Shown piece after piece: positions 25,442 through 34,770 of a DNA stretch of 64,000 nucleotides. A program made the position numbers and the translations under genes. A model generated the notes under the pieces. That model was given only the letters and a program-made list of their open reading frames with translations, made no database searches and was not told where the DNA came from. Numbering within the stretch: the first letter of the stretch is position 1; each line of letters opens with the position of its first letter. The stretch lies in the IMG/VR virus record IMGVR_UViG_3300036795_000124, positions 753 to 64,752 of that record. The stretch is one strand, 5' to 3'. Source of the stretch: a virus.

Positions 25442-26980
25442 ATGTCCGGCACCCAGATCGACAACAGCACGCCCCCGTCCGCTCTTAGCATCAACGGCGC
25501 CCCGCTGGGCACGCCGCTGACCCAATTGCTGCTGGCCGACAGCATCGAGCCCGGCGCTGAGCTCTCCTACCAGCTGTGCAAGATCATTCTGACCTACCAT
25601 CCGCTGGGCGCGAAGATCGTCGACGCGCCCACCAATCTTGCGCAATCCAAGGAACGCGAAATCAAGGTCCCAGGCCATCCCGATCGCGTCGCCAAGGCCT
25701 TCATTAAGGAATGGCAGGCGATGCACACCGACATGATCATCCACGAGGCCAAGCGGATTTCCCGCGCCTACGGCCTGTCGGCGGTGGTGATGGGCGCCAA
25801 GGGCGTGGATTCGGACAAGGCCATCGATCCCGAGAAATACGCCACGCTGGAACTCTATTTCAACGTGCTCGATCCGCTGAACGTCTCCGGCTCGCCTCTG
25901 GTCAGCCAGGACCCCAACGCGTCGAATTTCCTCAAGGTCACCGCCATCACCGCCCAGGCCCAGACCTATCATCGATCCCGCGTTTGCGTGACGATGAATG
26001 AGCGGCCAATCTACATCCAATATACCCAATCGGCGTTCGGCTTCGTCGGCCGCTCGGTCTATCAGCGCGCGCTGTATCCGCTGAAATCCTTCGTCACCTC
26101 GATGAAGACCGACGACATGATCAGCCGCAAGGCTGGTCTCCTGATCGCCAAGATGGAGCAGGCTGGCTCGTTCATCGATCGCACCATGCAATCGCTGTTC
26201 GGCGCCAAGCGCGCGCTGCTGAAATCCGGCGAGACCGACAATGTGCTGGGCATCGGCATTACCGAGGACATCACGTCGCTCAATTTGCAGAACATCGATG
26301 GCGCGGGGAAATTCGCCCGCGACAACATCCTCAAGAACATCGCGACGGCGGTCGATTTCCCGGCGAAGATCCTCGACAACGAGACTTTGGTCGAGGGCTT
26401 CGGTGAGGGCACCGAGGATGCCAAGCAGATCGCCCGCTTCATCGACCGCTACCGCGAGGAATTGCGCCCGCTCTACGATTTCTTCGATTTGATCGTGCAG
26501 TACCGGGCGTGGAACCCGGAATTCTTCGCCAGCATGCAAAAGGAATTCCCCGATCATTACGGCAGACTGAATTACAAGCAGGCGATGACGGTCTGGCAGA
26601 ATACCTTCGAGGCTGTTTGGCCGTCATTGCTGCAAGAACCCGACAGCGAGCGGGTCAAGACTGACGACACCAAGCTGCGTGCGATCGTGGCCGTGGTGGC
26701 CGCCCTGATGCCATTCCTCGATCCCGACGACCAGGCTTTGGTCATCCAATGGGCGCAGGACAACATCAACGATACCGCGATGTTATTCTCGGCGATGCTC
26801 AATCTCGACATTGAGGCGATCAAGCAATTCGCCCAGGACAAGATCGATCAGACGGAGGAAAGCCGACAGGCCGGGCTCATGGGCGGACAGGGCGGCGAGG
26901 ATGGCGAGGCCGGCAACGGAGGTGAGGCCGCCCCCAAACCGCCCAAACCGCCGTCGTTCGGACTGAAGGCCGCTGCGTGA
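25442..26980 (+). CDS. Portal protein (DUF1073 family)
   Basis: 512 aa, first gene of the head module; SYQLCKIILTYHPLGAKIVD motif. Confidence 0.85.
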   Translation: MSGTQIDNSTPPSALSINGAPLGTPLTQLLLADSIEPGAELSYQLCKIILTYHPLGAKIVDAPTNLAQSKEREIKVPGHPDRVAKAFIKEWQAMHTDMIIHEAKRISRAYGLSAVVMGAKGVDSDKAIDPEKYATLELYFNVLDPLNVSGSPLVSQDPNASNFLKVTAITAQAQTYHRSRVCVTMNERPIYIQYTQSAFGFVGRSVYQRALYPLKSFVTSMKTDDMISRKAGLLIAKMEQAGSFIDRTMQSLFGAKRALLKSGETDNVLGIGITEDITSLNLQNIDGAGKFARDNILKNIATAVDFPAKILDNETLVEGFGEGTEDAKQIARFIDRYREELRPLYDFFDLIVQYRAWNPEFFASMQKEFPDHYGRLNYKQAMTVWQNTFEAVWPSLLQEPDSERVKTDDTKLRAIVAVVAALMPFLDPDDQALVIQWAQDNINDTAMLFSAMLNLDIEAIKQFAQDKIDQTEESRQAGLMGGQGGEDGEAGNGGEAAPKPPKPPSFGLKAAA

Positions 26981-26981
26981 G

Positions 26982-28688
26982 GTGGCAAGCTTCTATCAGA
27001 CCATCACCGATGCGGTCGCCGACATCGCCGAGTACGGTTATGAATCCGAAGAAAGATTGACCTATTGGCTTGAGCAAATCCGCGCCGCCGCCCAGGCCGA
27101 TCTGACGCCCGAGGCGGAGCTCACCGCACAATTGCAACGGGTGCTTGGTAAATCTTACGCCTCGCTGGTCGAGAAGGGCGGCATCCTGCGCCGGCATGAG
27201 GGCGTGGAGCGTTGGAAGGTCGATCGACTGGCGCCTGAGCTGCGCGCCGAACTCGATCGGCGCATCATGGCGTCCGCCGACCTGATCAAGTTGAACCGCG
27301 AGCAGGCGATCGCCGATATGTTGCGGCGGTTCCAGGGATGGGCGACCTCGATCCCGGCCGGCGGCAGCGAGGCGGTCGACAAGCGCGAGATCAAGGGGCA
27401 TATCCGCAAGGAGCTCGCCGGCCTGCCATTCCGTGAGCGGCGCGTGTTGATCGACCAGGGCCACAAGCTGAACGCTTCGCTCGCTGACATCATTGCCACG
27501 AATTCGGATGCGATCGCCGCCATCTGGCATTCGAACTGGCGGCAGGTGAATTACAATTATCGTCGGGATCACAAGGAACGCGACGGCCTGTTCTATGCGA
27601 TCCGGGGCAATTGGGCGATCGAGCGCGGCTTCATGAAGCCAGGCCCTAATGGCTACACCGATCAGATCACCATGGTGGGCGAAGAGGTTTTCTGTAGATG
27701 CCTCGCCCCCTCAACCCGGATTTTCCATGCGCGCGATATCGAGATCATCAGCCGGAGAGACTATCACGGACCAGTCTACGAGATCATATCCGCCGCGATG
27801 CCTGAATTGCCTCTTGTGCTTACACCGAACCATCCAGTTCTGACCAGCCGTGGCTGGGGTGCGGCACAAGAACTCAATGTCGGTGACGATTTGATCGAGT
27901 TTTGCCAGGAGAACATCGCGTCTGGTATGGGGATAGATCACAAAAATGACCGCGCGCCCATGATCTCGGATATATTCGAGTCGGCTGCGAAAACGTGGGG
28001 CGTCCGGTCGATAGGAGATAGTCGTTTGCAATTCCACGGCGATGGAAGTGCCAATGGCAACGTCGAGATTATACGGACCGCACGGGGATTGAGCCTCGGC
28101 ATCGATTCCTTTGGCGATCATGGCGCTGATCAATTCTCGCTCGCCGAACCCGATATGAGAGGTCTTCGATCGCGCCCTGTTTATTCGGTGCTGGAGAGAT
28201 TGCTGGCGGCCACGCATACTCCCTCTCGGGATTTGGCTTATTCGTTGCTGGCGTTCTTCTTCGGTCAAATTGTGCCAATGCGCTTTCTGACCGCGACTAA
28301 TTTTGGCGCCTATAATAGCGCGTTCGGTCTCGCTCCGACCGGCTTGTTTGAGAACCGCGGCATCGGCGTGCGATCTGATATCTATTCCGGCCTCTCGCAG
28401 GCGGCGACGGATTGTCGCATCGGAGACATCGAATTGCTGTGCCAGGGTCATCGAATCCCGACCGCCAAGATACGCGCTGCGAAGATACTCAGCATCAAGC
28501 GGCAGGCGTTTTCGGGACATGTTTACAACCTCCAGACCAAGGACGAATGGTATACCGCCCATCGTATAATATCGCATAATTGCTATTACACCTACAGATA
28601 CAACCTGACCGACCTCCCCGAGGACATGATCACCGCCAAGGGTCGGGCCGCGATCGCGGAGACGCGCGATATGATGATGGCGTTCTGA
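26982..28688 (+). CDS. Head morphogenesis protein (Mu gpF / SPP1 gp7-like) containing an intein
   Basis: VLIDQGHKL...WHS...R..HKERDG...EEVFCR|C motifs; spliced product 274 aa. Confidence 0.85.
   Translation: MASFYQTITDAVADIAEYGYESEERLTYWLEQIRAAAQADLTPEAELTAQLQRVLGKSYASLVEKGGILRRHEGVERWKVDRLAPELRAELDRRIMASADLIKLNREQAIADMLRRFQGWATSIPAGGSEAVDKREIKGHIRKELAGLPFRERRVLIDQGHKLNASLADIIATNSDAIAAIWHSNWRQVNYNYRRDHKERDGLFYAIRGNWAIERGFMKPGPNGYTDQITMVGEEVFCRCLAPSTRIFHARDIEIISRRDYHGPVYEIISAAMPELPLVLTPNHPVLTSRGWGAAQELNVGDDLIEFCQENIASGMGIDHKNDRAPMISDIFESAAKTWGVRSIGDSRLQFHGDGSANGNVEIIRTARGLSLGIDSFGDHGADQFSLAEPDMRGLRSRPVYSVLERLLAATHTPSRDLAYSLLAFFFGQIVPMRFLTATNFGAYNSAFGLAPTGLFENRGIGVRSDIYSGLSQAATDCRIGDIELLCQGHRIPTAKIRAAKILSIKRQAFSGHVYNLQTKDEWYTAHRIISHNCYYTYRYNLTDLPEDMITAKGRAAIAETRDMMMAF
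27699..28580 (+). mobile_element. Intein (294 aa, Hint)
   Basis: Cys1-Leu start, block B LTPNHPVLT, block F VYNLQT, terminal His-Asn, Cys at +1; interrupts the FCRC motif. Confidence 0.92.
27711..28520 (-). CDS. Antisense nested gene: HTH plus Vsr/DUF559-like PD-(D/E)XK endonuclease (269 aa)
   Basis: GGAGGT SD; N-terminal HTH (TLAQQFDVSDATIRRRL); ERELISAM..G....Q..CGPYNLDVAI..SIAVEL motif. Confidence 0.8.
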   Translation of the reverse strand: MSRKRLPLDAEYLRSAYLGGRDSMTLAQQFDVSDATIRRRLREAGIDIRSHADAAVLKQAGRSETERAIIGAKISRGQKAHWHNLTEEERQQRISQIPRGSMRGRQQSLQHRINRARSKTSHIGFGERELISAMIAKGIDAEAQSPCGPYNLDVAIGTSIAVELQTTISYRPDAPRFRSRLEYIRDHGRAVIFVIYPHTRRDVLLAKLDQIVTDIEFLCRTPATAGQNWMVRCKHKRQFRHRGGYDLVDWSVIVSPADDLDIARMENPG

Positions 28689-28689
28689 G

Positions 28690-29865
28690 ATGTTCTTCCA
28701 CGATGGCACGCGCTGGAAATTCGCCGTGGGCGATGCCGCGCGCGCCGATGCGGAATTCAAGGAAAGCGATCATCCGCGCGACGAAGACGGCAAGTTTGGT
28801 TCAGGGGGCGGCGATGGATCGACCGGCGGCCGGTCCGATGCGATCGACCTGCCGCGCGGCGCTGGGCTGCTGATCATCCATCATTCCCCCACGATGGGTA
28901 GTCAGCGCGTCTTGTTCGTCCGCCATGGCGAGCGCGGCACCTGGGAATTCCCCGGCGGCACCATCGAGCTCGGCGAGACCGCCGAGGATGCCGTCATGCG
29001 TGAGGTCCGCGAGGAGATTGGCGTGACCCCCCACGGCAAGGTCTCGCTGCTGATGCGCGATCGCCTCGGCGGGATCGATTATACCACCTTCATCGCCAAC
29101 ACCTCGGCGATGATCGCGCCCTCGTTGTCCGATGAATTGTCCGACTGGCAATGGTCAGACCCGCATCATCCGCCTGAGCCGCTGCATCCCGGCGTGCGAC
29201 TGGCGCTCGACCGGCTCCGGATGAACGAGCTCGATCTCGCGCGCGCCATTGCCTCAGGCCAATACTCGAGCCCGCAGGTCTACGAGAACATCTGGCTATT
29301 CGCGATCCGCATCACCGGCACCGGGATCAGCTATCGACCTGAACTCAAGGAGTATGTCTGGCGCGAACCTGGCATCTATCTGAACTCGAATTTCCTGGAA
29401 CGCTGCAATGGCCTGTCGGTGATTTGGAAGCATCCGCCCGGCGAGTCATTGGACACCGAGCAATATCGCGAGCGGATCATCGGCGCGATCATGCTGGCCT
29501 ACATCAAAGGCGACGAGGTTTGGGGTATCGCCAAGATCGCCGACCAGGACGCTGCACAATTGATGCTTGATCTCGATCTGTCGACCTCGCCGGCGGTCCT
29601 GTTCCGCGATGCCGGCGTCAACGAGGTGCGCAAGATCGAGGGCGGCAAACGGCTATTGATCGAGGGTGATCCATCGCTGTTAGACCATGTCGCGATCTGC
29701 CAGCTTGGCGTCTGGGATAAGGGCGGTGAGCCCACCGGCATTGCCAAGGGCGAGCCCGAGATGGCCGAAAGCCGTGCCGACTCGATCGACTCGGATCAGA
29801 TCGCCGATATGCTGGACGCCACGGCCTATCTGATAGACGGCATGCGCAAGCGATTTGGCGCATGA
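28690..29865 (+). CDS. NUDIX hydrolase fused to a DUF2213 (prohead protease-like) domain
   Basis: Nudix box GGTIELGETAEDAVMREVREEIG; C-terminal HP...LDHVAIC..GVWDKG. Confidence 0.85.
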   Translation: MFFHDGTRWKFAVGDAARADAEFKESDHPRDEDGKFGSGGGDGSTGGRSDAIDLPRGAGLLIIHHSPTMGSQRVLFVRHGERGTWEFPGGTIELGETAEDAVMREVREEIGVTPHGKVSLLMRDRLGGIDYTTFIANTSAMIAPSLSDELSDWQWSDPHHPPEPLHPGVRLALDRLRMNELDLARAIASGQYSSPQVYENIWLFAIRITGTGISYRPELKEYVWREPGIYLNSNFLERCNGLSVIWKHPPGESLDTEQYRERIIGAIMLAYIKGDEVWGIAKIADQDAAQLMLDLDLSTSPAVLFRDAGVNEVRKIEGGKRLLIEGDPSLLDHVAICQLGVWDKGGEPTGIAKGEPEMAESRADSIDSDQIADMLDATAYLIDGMRKRFGA

Positions 29866-29960
29866 TTGACCGCCTGAATCATCATTCCATTGTCAGGTGG
29901 CAGGGTTTTAGGCACTAATGCCCCGATTCGTCCGGAGCCTTCCGATTAGGAGACGCGGCC

Positions 29961-30875
29961 ATGGCTGGTGAAAAGACCGAACCGACCACCGAGGAAAAGG
30001 TCGCGGCGCTGCACGATTCCGTCAGTGATCTGCACAAGAAATTCGATGCTTTCATGTCGAAGCACGCGAAAAAGGACGATGACGACGACGATCGGAAGGA
30101 CGCCAAGAAGGACAACGAGGAGGAGGACGAGGGCGATCACGACAAGGATGGCGAGCCCAAGAAGGACGCCAAGAAGGATGATGACGACGACGACGACGAT
30201 CGCCGTAAGGATGCCAAGAAGGATGCCGAGGGCAAGGATATCGAGGAGTGGGCCAAGGAAGAAAAAAAGGAGCCCGAGCACAAGGACGCCAAGAAGGACG
30301 ACAAGAAAGACGCCGACCCGGATGCCGCCCCCGAGGAAAAGGGTGAGCCCAAGGCGATGGCATCGGATGACGATCGCCGCAAGGATGACGACGATCACGG
30401 CCGCAAGGACTCCGTTGAATTTCGCCGCCGGCTCGACCGGCTTGAGCGCTCGCGCGTGCGCAGCGACGCGGAGTTGAACGCCCTGGCTGACGCCCAGCAG
30501 GAGTGGGATCGCGTCGCCCAGCAGTTCGGCGAGCGCGCGCACCGACCGCTCGATGGCGAGACGCTGAATACCTTCAATCGCCGCCACGTCGTGCGTTTCC
30601 AAAAGCATTCTCCGCGCTGGAAGGATATGGACTTCTCCCAATTGCCGGCCTCGGTGATGCAGGTCGCCATGCCGGACGTGCGCGCCGACAGCATCGAGGC
30701 GGCGAAACGCGGCCTGATCGGTCAGCCTGAATTGCGCGAGATCGTCCGCTACGATCGCACCGGGCGGAAGATCAGCGAATTCATTGGCGACATCGCTGTC
30801 ACGCTGGCCCCGTTCAGATTGCCGTCGATGCGGGTCAAGGGTGGGCGGATCAACACGCGGCCCAACGAGTACTGA
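29961..30875 (+). CDS. Capsid scaffolding protein
   Basis: Position; highly charged KDAKKD repeats; AGGAG SD. Confidence 0.75.
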   Translation: MAGEKTEPTTEEKVAALHDSVSDLHKKFDAFMSKHAKKDDDDDDRKDAKKDNEEEDEGDHDKDGEPKKDAKKDDDDDDDDRRKDAKKDAEGKDIEEWAKEEKKEPEHKDAKKDDKKDADPDAAPEEKGEPKAMASDDDRRKDDDDHGRKDSVEFRRRLDRLERSRVRSDAELNALADAQQEWDRVAQQFGERAHRPLDGETLNTFNRRHVVRFQKHSPRWKDMDFSQLPASVMQVAMPDVRADSIEAAKRGLIGQPELREIVRYDRTGRKISEFIGDIAVTLAPFRLPSMRVKGGRINTRPNEY

Positions 30876-30903
30876 GGCCCGCCCCTGACAGGAGATCAAG
30901 CCC

Positions 30904-31788
30904 ATGCCCTCGAACATCTCTTTCAACCCGCTGCTCACCACGGTCGCGCCGGGCTCGTTCAACATCCAATCGGACGGCTTCATCCAGGGCACCATGATGG
31001 ATGATCCGGCGGTGCGCTTTGCCTTGGCTGGCGGCGTATTGGCCACCACGGAGACGCTGCCGATGTGGGGCGGCGTCGCGATCTACGAGGACATCCCGGG
31101 TGCTGCGGGCTCGCCCAACTCAATCCTGGGCGCGATCGTGGGCCGGGCTGCGTCGAATGCGGCGATCGCCGGCTTCTCGGTCTTCAATCAGGCCTCCAAC
31201 TGGATCACCAGCCCGCAATCGCAGGCGCCCTCGGCCGCCGCCGGCATGACGGTCCCCTATTTCCGGCTAGGGTCCGGCGCGCGCATCGCCGTCCAATGCG
31301 ATCCATCGCTCGCCGCCGCGCTGCAGGGCGGTGCCACCAACCAACAGGTCAGCTGGGACATCAACAATCAGCTGCTCCAGCCGTACGAGACCACCGCGAC
31401 GTACTCGATCACCTCGATCACCTGGGCGTCGACCAATGGCGGCCAGGGCACCGTGGTCGCGGCCGTGGCCACGCCTGTGGCTGGCGTCGGCGATCGGATC
31501 AACATCTCCGGGGCCACCAACACCGGAACCGGTGGCGCAGCAGCGGTCAACGGCAATTTCACCGTGACCCAGTTCACCGACAACCAGCATTTCGTGATCG
31601 GCATGCCGGCCGCCGCCGGCGTGATCGCGACCATCGCCGGGACCATCCTGGCGAATTACGGCATCGGCGCGCTGGCCGTGAAGGTGCTCGATTTCCAGAT
31701 CGGCAATTCGCAGGTCGTCTCCTACGATCCGGTCCAGAATTTCGTGAACTGGAATCGGTCGGGCGCTTGCGCGCTGATCCTGCTCTGA
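30904..31788 (+). CDS. Capsid decoration/cement protein with an inserted beta domain
   Basis: Position before the MCP; LPMWGGVAIYE motif. Confidence 0.7.
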   Translation: MPSNISFNPLLTTVAPGSFNIQSDGFIQGTMMDDPAVRFALAGGVLATTETLPMWGGVAIYEDIPGAAGSPNSILGAIVGRAASNAAIAGFSVFNQASNWITSPQSQAPSAAAGMTVPYFRLGSGARIAVQCDPSLAAALQGGATNQQVSWDINNQLLQPYETTATYSITSITWASTNGGQGTVVAAVATPVAGVGDRINISGATNTGTGGAAAVNGNFTVTQFTDNQHFVIGMPAAAGVIATIAGTILANYGIGALAVKVLDFQIGNSQVVSYDPVQNFVNWNRSGACALILL

Positions 31789-31814
31789 TCCCCAACTGAC
31801 AAAGGCCAGCCGTC

Positions 31815-32831
31815 ATGGCGACAATTTCCCCGTCCTGGACCCAAGTCCATCCGTCGTTTGTCGAGCCGGACATCCTGTTGCAGTATTCGCAGAAATCTGG
31901 GGCATGGGACGCGTTGGCCGAGGGCAAGCCGCGCACCAAGATTGGCTCGGAGGACCTGTACGTCTACATCAAGCGGCTCGATATCCGCACGCGGGTTCGC
32001 TCGGGCCAGTCGGCGTACAATCAGCTGCCATCGGTCGCCGTGGCGTTCAGCCAGATTTCACAACCCACCTATCTCGATCGGGTGCGCGCCGAATACGACC
32101 ACCACGATACGGCGGCTACGGGTGAATGGGGTGCATCCATCGTCGAGGTCCAACGGCTCGGCATGCGGCAGGGCTTGTTCCAGACGCTGCGCAACAAGCT
32201 GCTGTATGGCGAGAACCCTGGCGAGGGCATCGTCAATACGCCCGGCATCACCACGACCAACCTGCCGGCGGACAGCTACGGCAACCAGACCTTCGTGACC
32301 TACGACAACGGCCAGTTGGCGGTGTTCTTCCTGACGCAGGTCTCCAACCTGAAGACGCGGACGCTGCAGTTCGGCATGCCCAATCGCTACGGGCTGGTGG
32401 GGCCGCAGCGCATCCTGGGCGGCATGGCGACGCAGAACATCGTCCAACTGGTGCAGTACCAGCGCCCCGGCGCCGGCACGCAGACGACCAAGGGCGTGAT
32501 CGATGCGATCGAGGCCGAGAATGGCGACAATTTCTTCTGGGCCTACGATGATACGCTGATCGGCCAGGGCGCCAACGGCAACGATCTGGTGTTGCTGGTC
32601 ATGCCGGAGGTCCAAAAGCCCGGCGGCGATCCGTTCAATACCAACGAATTCTCCAATGTCTCGCCCGGTCTCGATGCCTGCGTGCTGCAATACATCGACA
32701 TGGCGGCGCCGCGCGAAATCCCCACACCATTGGCCGGCGGCGCGATCGACGTCTTGTCGGAATGGCGCTCGAGCTGCGGCTGGGTGATCCGTCCCGAGGC
32801 GGCTACCGCTATCAGCATCCAGTACCAATAG
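31815..32831 (+). CDS. Major capsid protein (DUF2184-like, HK97 fold)
   Basis: 338 aa, position, C-terminal GWVIRPEA motif. Confidence 0.85.
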   Translation: MATISPSWTQVHPSFVEPDILLQYSQKSGAWDALAEGKPRTKIGSEDLYVYIKRLDIRTRVRSGQSAYNQLPSVAVAFSQISQPTYLDRVRAEYDHHDTAATGEWGASIVEVQRLGMRQGLFQTLRNKLLYGENPGEGIVNTPGITTTNLPADSYGNQTFVTYDNGQLAVFFLTQVSNLKTRTLQFGMPNRYGLVGPQRILGGMATQNIVQLVQYQRPGAGTQTTKGVIDAIEAENGDNFFWAYDDTLIGQGANGNDLVLLVMPEVQKPGGDPFNTNEFSNVSPGLDACVLQYIDMAAPREIPTPLAGGAIDVLSEWRSSCGWVIRPEAATAISIQYQ

Positions 32832-32984
32832 GGGGCACGGCGTTCCGGGACGCGGGGGAGGGCGGCGCAGACCGAGACGCGGCCCGAAGTACTACACGTG
32901 TGGCCCCGAGCGTGCTGCGAACCCGGGTCGGGGCATCAATATCGCGACGCCAAAAGGGGCCGCGCACACATTGGAGCCCAGGGA

Positions 32985-33539
32985 ATGGCCCGTCTCTATA
33001 TCGCCAACTGCACCAAACAGGTTCACGAATTCTGTTATCGCGTGCCCGCCGATGATGGCGCCGCATATAGTCGCACCGTCCGCACGCAGCGGATCGACCC
33101 TGGAACTCAACAGCTCATCCATACCGAGACGGCGCTGCAAATCCTGGAAGCGATCGTCGATCAGCACGTCATCTATGGCTTGCTGCCGGCGGCCGAGGTG
33201 GTCAGGACCAAGAATTTCGTGGGGCTGTGCTTCTCGTTCGATAAGCCAGTTACCATGGAGGCCATCGCCTACGCATTGGATCGCAACGAGGGTGTGAACT
33301 TCGATCGCGCCGAGGAGCGGCGTGAGATCAATGCGATCGGCGTGGCCGATGCCCTGGAAGGAATTGGCGAGCAATTGCGCCATGATGGGCGTCGGGTGCC
33401 GCCCCTTCGCGGCGTCGATGTCGAGACGCTGGAGGATGGCGACGATCCGAAATTCGCCCACGCCATCCGGGTCGATAAGGGCGTTCCGCGCGCCGACGGC
33501 CGCGTTATCCAACCGGCCCGCCGGCCGGCACGCGCCTGA
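32985..33539 (+). CDS. Virion-associated protein
   Basis: MARLYIANCTKQ; position after the MCP. Confidence 0.65.
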   Translation: MARLYIANCTKQVHEFCYRVPADDGAAYSRTVRTQRIDPGTQQLIHTETALQILEAIVDQHVIYGLLPAAEVVRTKNFVGLCFSFDKPVTMEAIAYALDRNEGVNFDRAEERREINAIGVADALEGIGEQLRHDGRRVPPLRGVDVETLEDGDDPKFAHAIRVDKGVPRADGRVIQPARRPARA

Positions 33540-34015
33540 TGTCGGGTTTTGCCACACCGGGGCAGGCCAATCTTGCGGATTATACCGTGTTCCTGCGCAG
33601 CATCGGATTGAACGCCGCTGTGCTGCCTGATGACTCGATGTGGATACCGATCACCTTCGAGGTCGCCAAGGCCACGGTCAATCCGTTGCTGGCGCTCGGC
33701 GGATGCGGCCCCACGGTGCCAAATTTCTATGTGCTGGCGCTCTACAATCTGGGCGCCGACCGGGTGATCAATTTCGCCCCGGATCAGCCGAACCAGACCT
33801 TCTTCAGCGATCTTCGCTCATCCCTGGCGCTGAATTCGTTCGCCTCTGGCCTGGTGACCGCATCGTCGGATCAAAGCACATCGCAGACGCTTGAGACCAT
33901 CGAGGCGGCGAAGAAAATGACGATCGGCGATTTGCAGTTGGCCAAGACGCCCTATGGCAGGTTGTACCTCTCGCTCGCGCAGAAATATGGCCCGAACATC
34001 TGGGGATTGTCATGA
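33539..34015 (+). CDS. Head-tail adaptor (DUF4054-like)
   Basis: KTPYGRLYL motif. Confidence 0.75.
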   Translation: MSGFATPGQANLADYTVFLRSIGLNAAVLPDDSMWIPITFEVAKATVNPLLALGGCGPTVPNFYVLALYNLGADRVINFAPDQPNQTFFSDLRSSLALNSFASGLVTASSDQSTSQTLETIEAAKKMTIGDLQLAKTPYGRLYLSLAQKYGPNIWGLS

Positions 34016-34341
34016 GCGATCGACCCAAGACGACGCTGACCGGTGGCTCGCCCGTCACGGCCGATCATCGCGAAATCAAAGCGAACGGCCAGCAGAAGGA
34101 TTACGTCGTGCTATCCGAGGAAGAACGCGCCAAGGGGTTCGTACGCCCGGTGCGTCAGGCTTACATTCACGCGAAGTGCCACGGCAGGACGACGATGGGA
34201 TTGGCGCTCGCCGAGACCTACGCGCGCGATCCTTCGTTCTATAGCGGCACATTCTGTGCTGTGTGTGGTTCGCATTTTCCGGTCGGCGCCAACGGTGAAT
34301 TCACCTGGGACGACGGATCGGGGGAGAAGGTCGGCACGTGA
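34012..34341 (+). CDS. Small Cys/His protein inserted in the neck module
   Basis: H..C...CxxC; ATGA/GTGA overlaps. Confidence 0.65.
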   Translation: MSDRPKTTLTGGSPVTADHREIKANGQQKDYVVLSEEERAKGFVRPVRQAYIHAKCHGRTTMGLALAETYARDPSFYSGTFCAVCGSHFPVGANGEFTWDDGSGEKVGT

Positions 34342-34769
34342 CCACGCTGCTGCATCTTGGGGTGAATGACGTTCCGTATAGCATCGGCAAGGGCAAGACC
34401 ACCGGCGACGTCGCGGAAATTCTCGAGCACAAGTACCACATCATGGCGACGTTTGCGCAGATCTACGATCGTCAAATACGCGAGGCGGCGACCAAATCGA
34501 TCCAGGGCGCGGTATCGACCATGATCATACGCGGGGTTGGATCGACCAAGCGGCATCCTTTGGCGGGGGCGACCGGCGAGATCGAGCATCTGTTCAAGCA
34601 GGCGCTGTCGCAACGCGCGTTCGATGGCAAGATCACCGGCGTGCCGACCCTGGCCGCGCTGCGCGGCGTCAGCCATCGCTTCAAGCGTCCCTATGCGCGC
34701 AGGCCTGCGCGGCCCTCGTTCATCGACACAGGTTTGTACCAGAGCAGTTTCCGGGCCTGGGTCGATTGA
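34338..34769 (+). CDS. Neck/tail-completion protein
   Basis: RPSFIDTGLYQSSFRAWV motif. Confidence 0.7.
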   Translation: MTTLLHLGVNDVPYSIGKGKTTGDVAEILEHKYHIMATFAQIYDRQIREAATKSIQGAVSTMIIRGVGSTKRHPLAGATGEIEHLFKQALSQRAFDGKITGVPTLAALRGVSHRFKRPYARRPARPSFIDTGLYQSSFRAWVD

Positions 34770-34770
34770 T

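Noticed and set aside
25403-26557. Long antisense ORFs over the portal, scaffold (29946-31049), MCP (32058-32828) and others
   Set aside because: Typical high-GC shadow ORFs with no SD or family motif, unlike the intein-nested antisense gene
28521-28760. Upstream extension of the antisense endonuclease ORF to 28760
   Set aside because: It crosses the intein boundary and the next gene; the ATG at 28520 has a strong SD and begins the HTH
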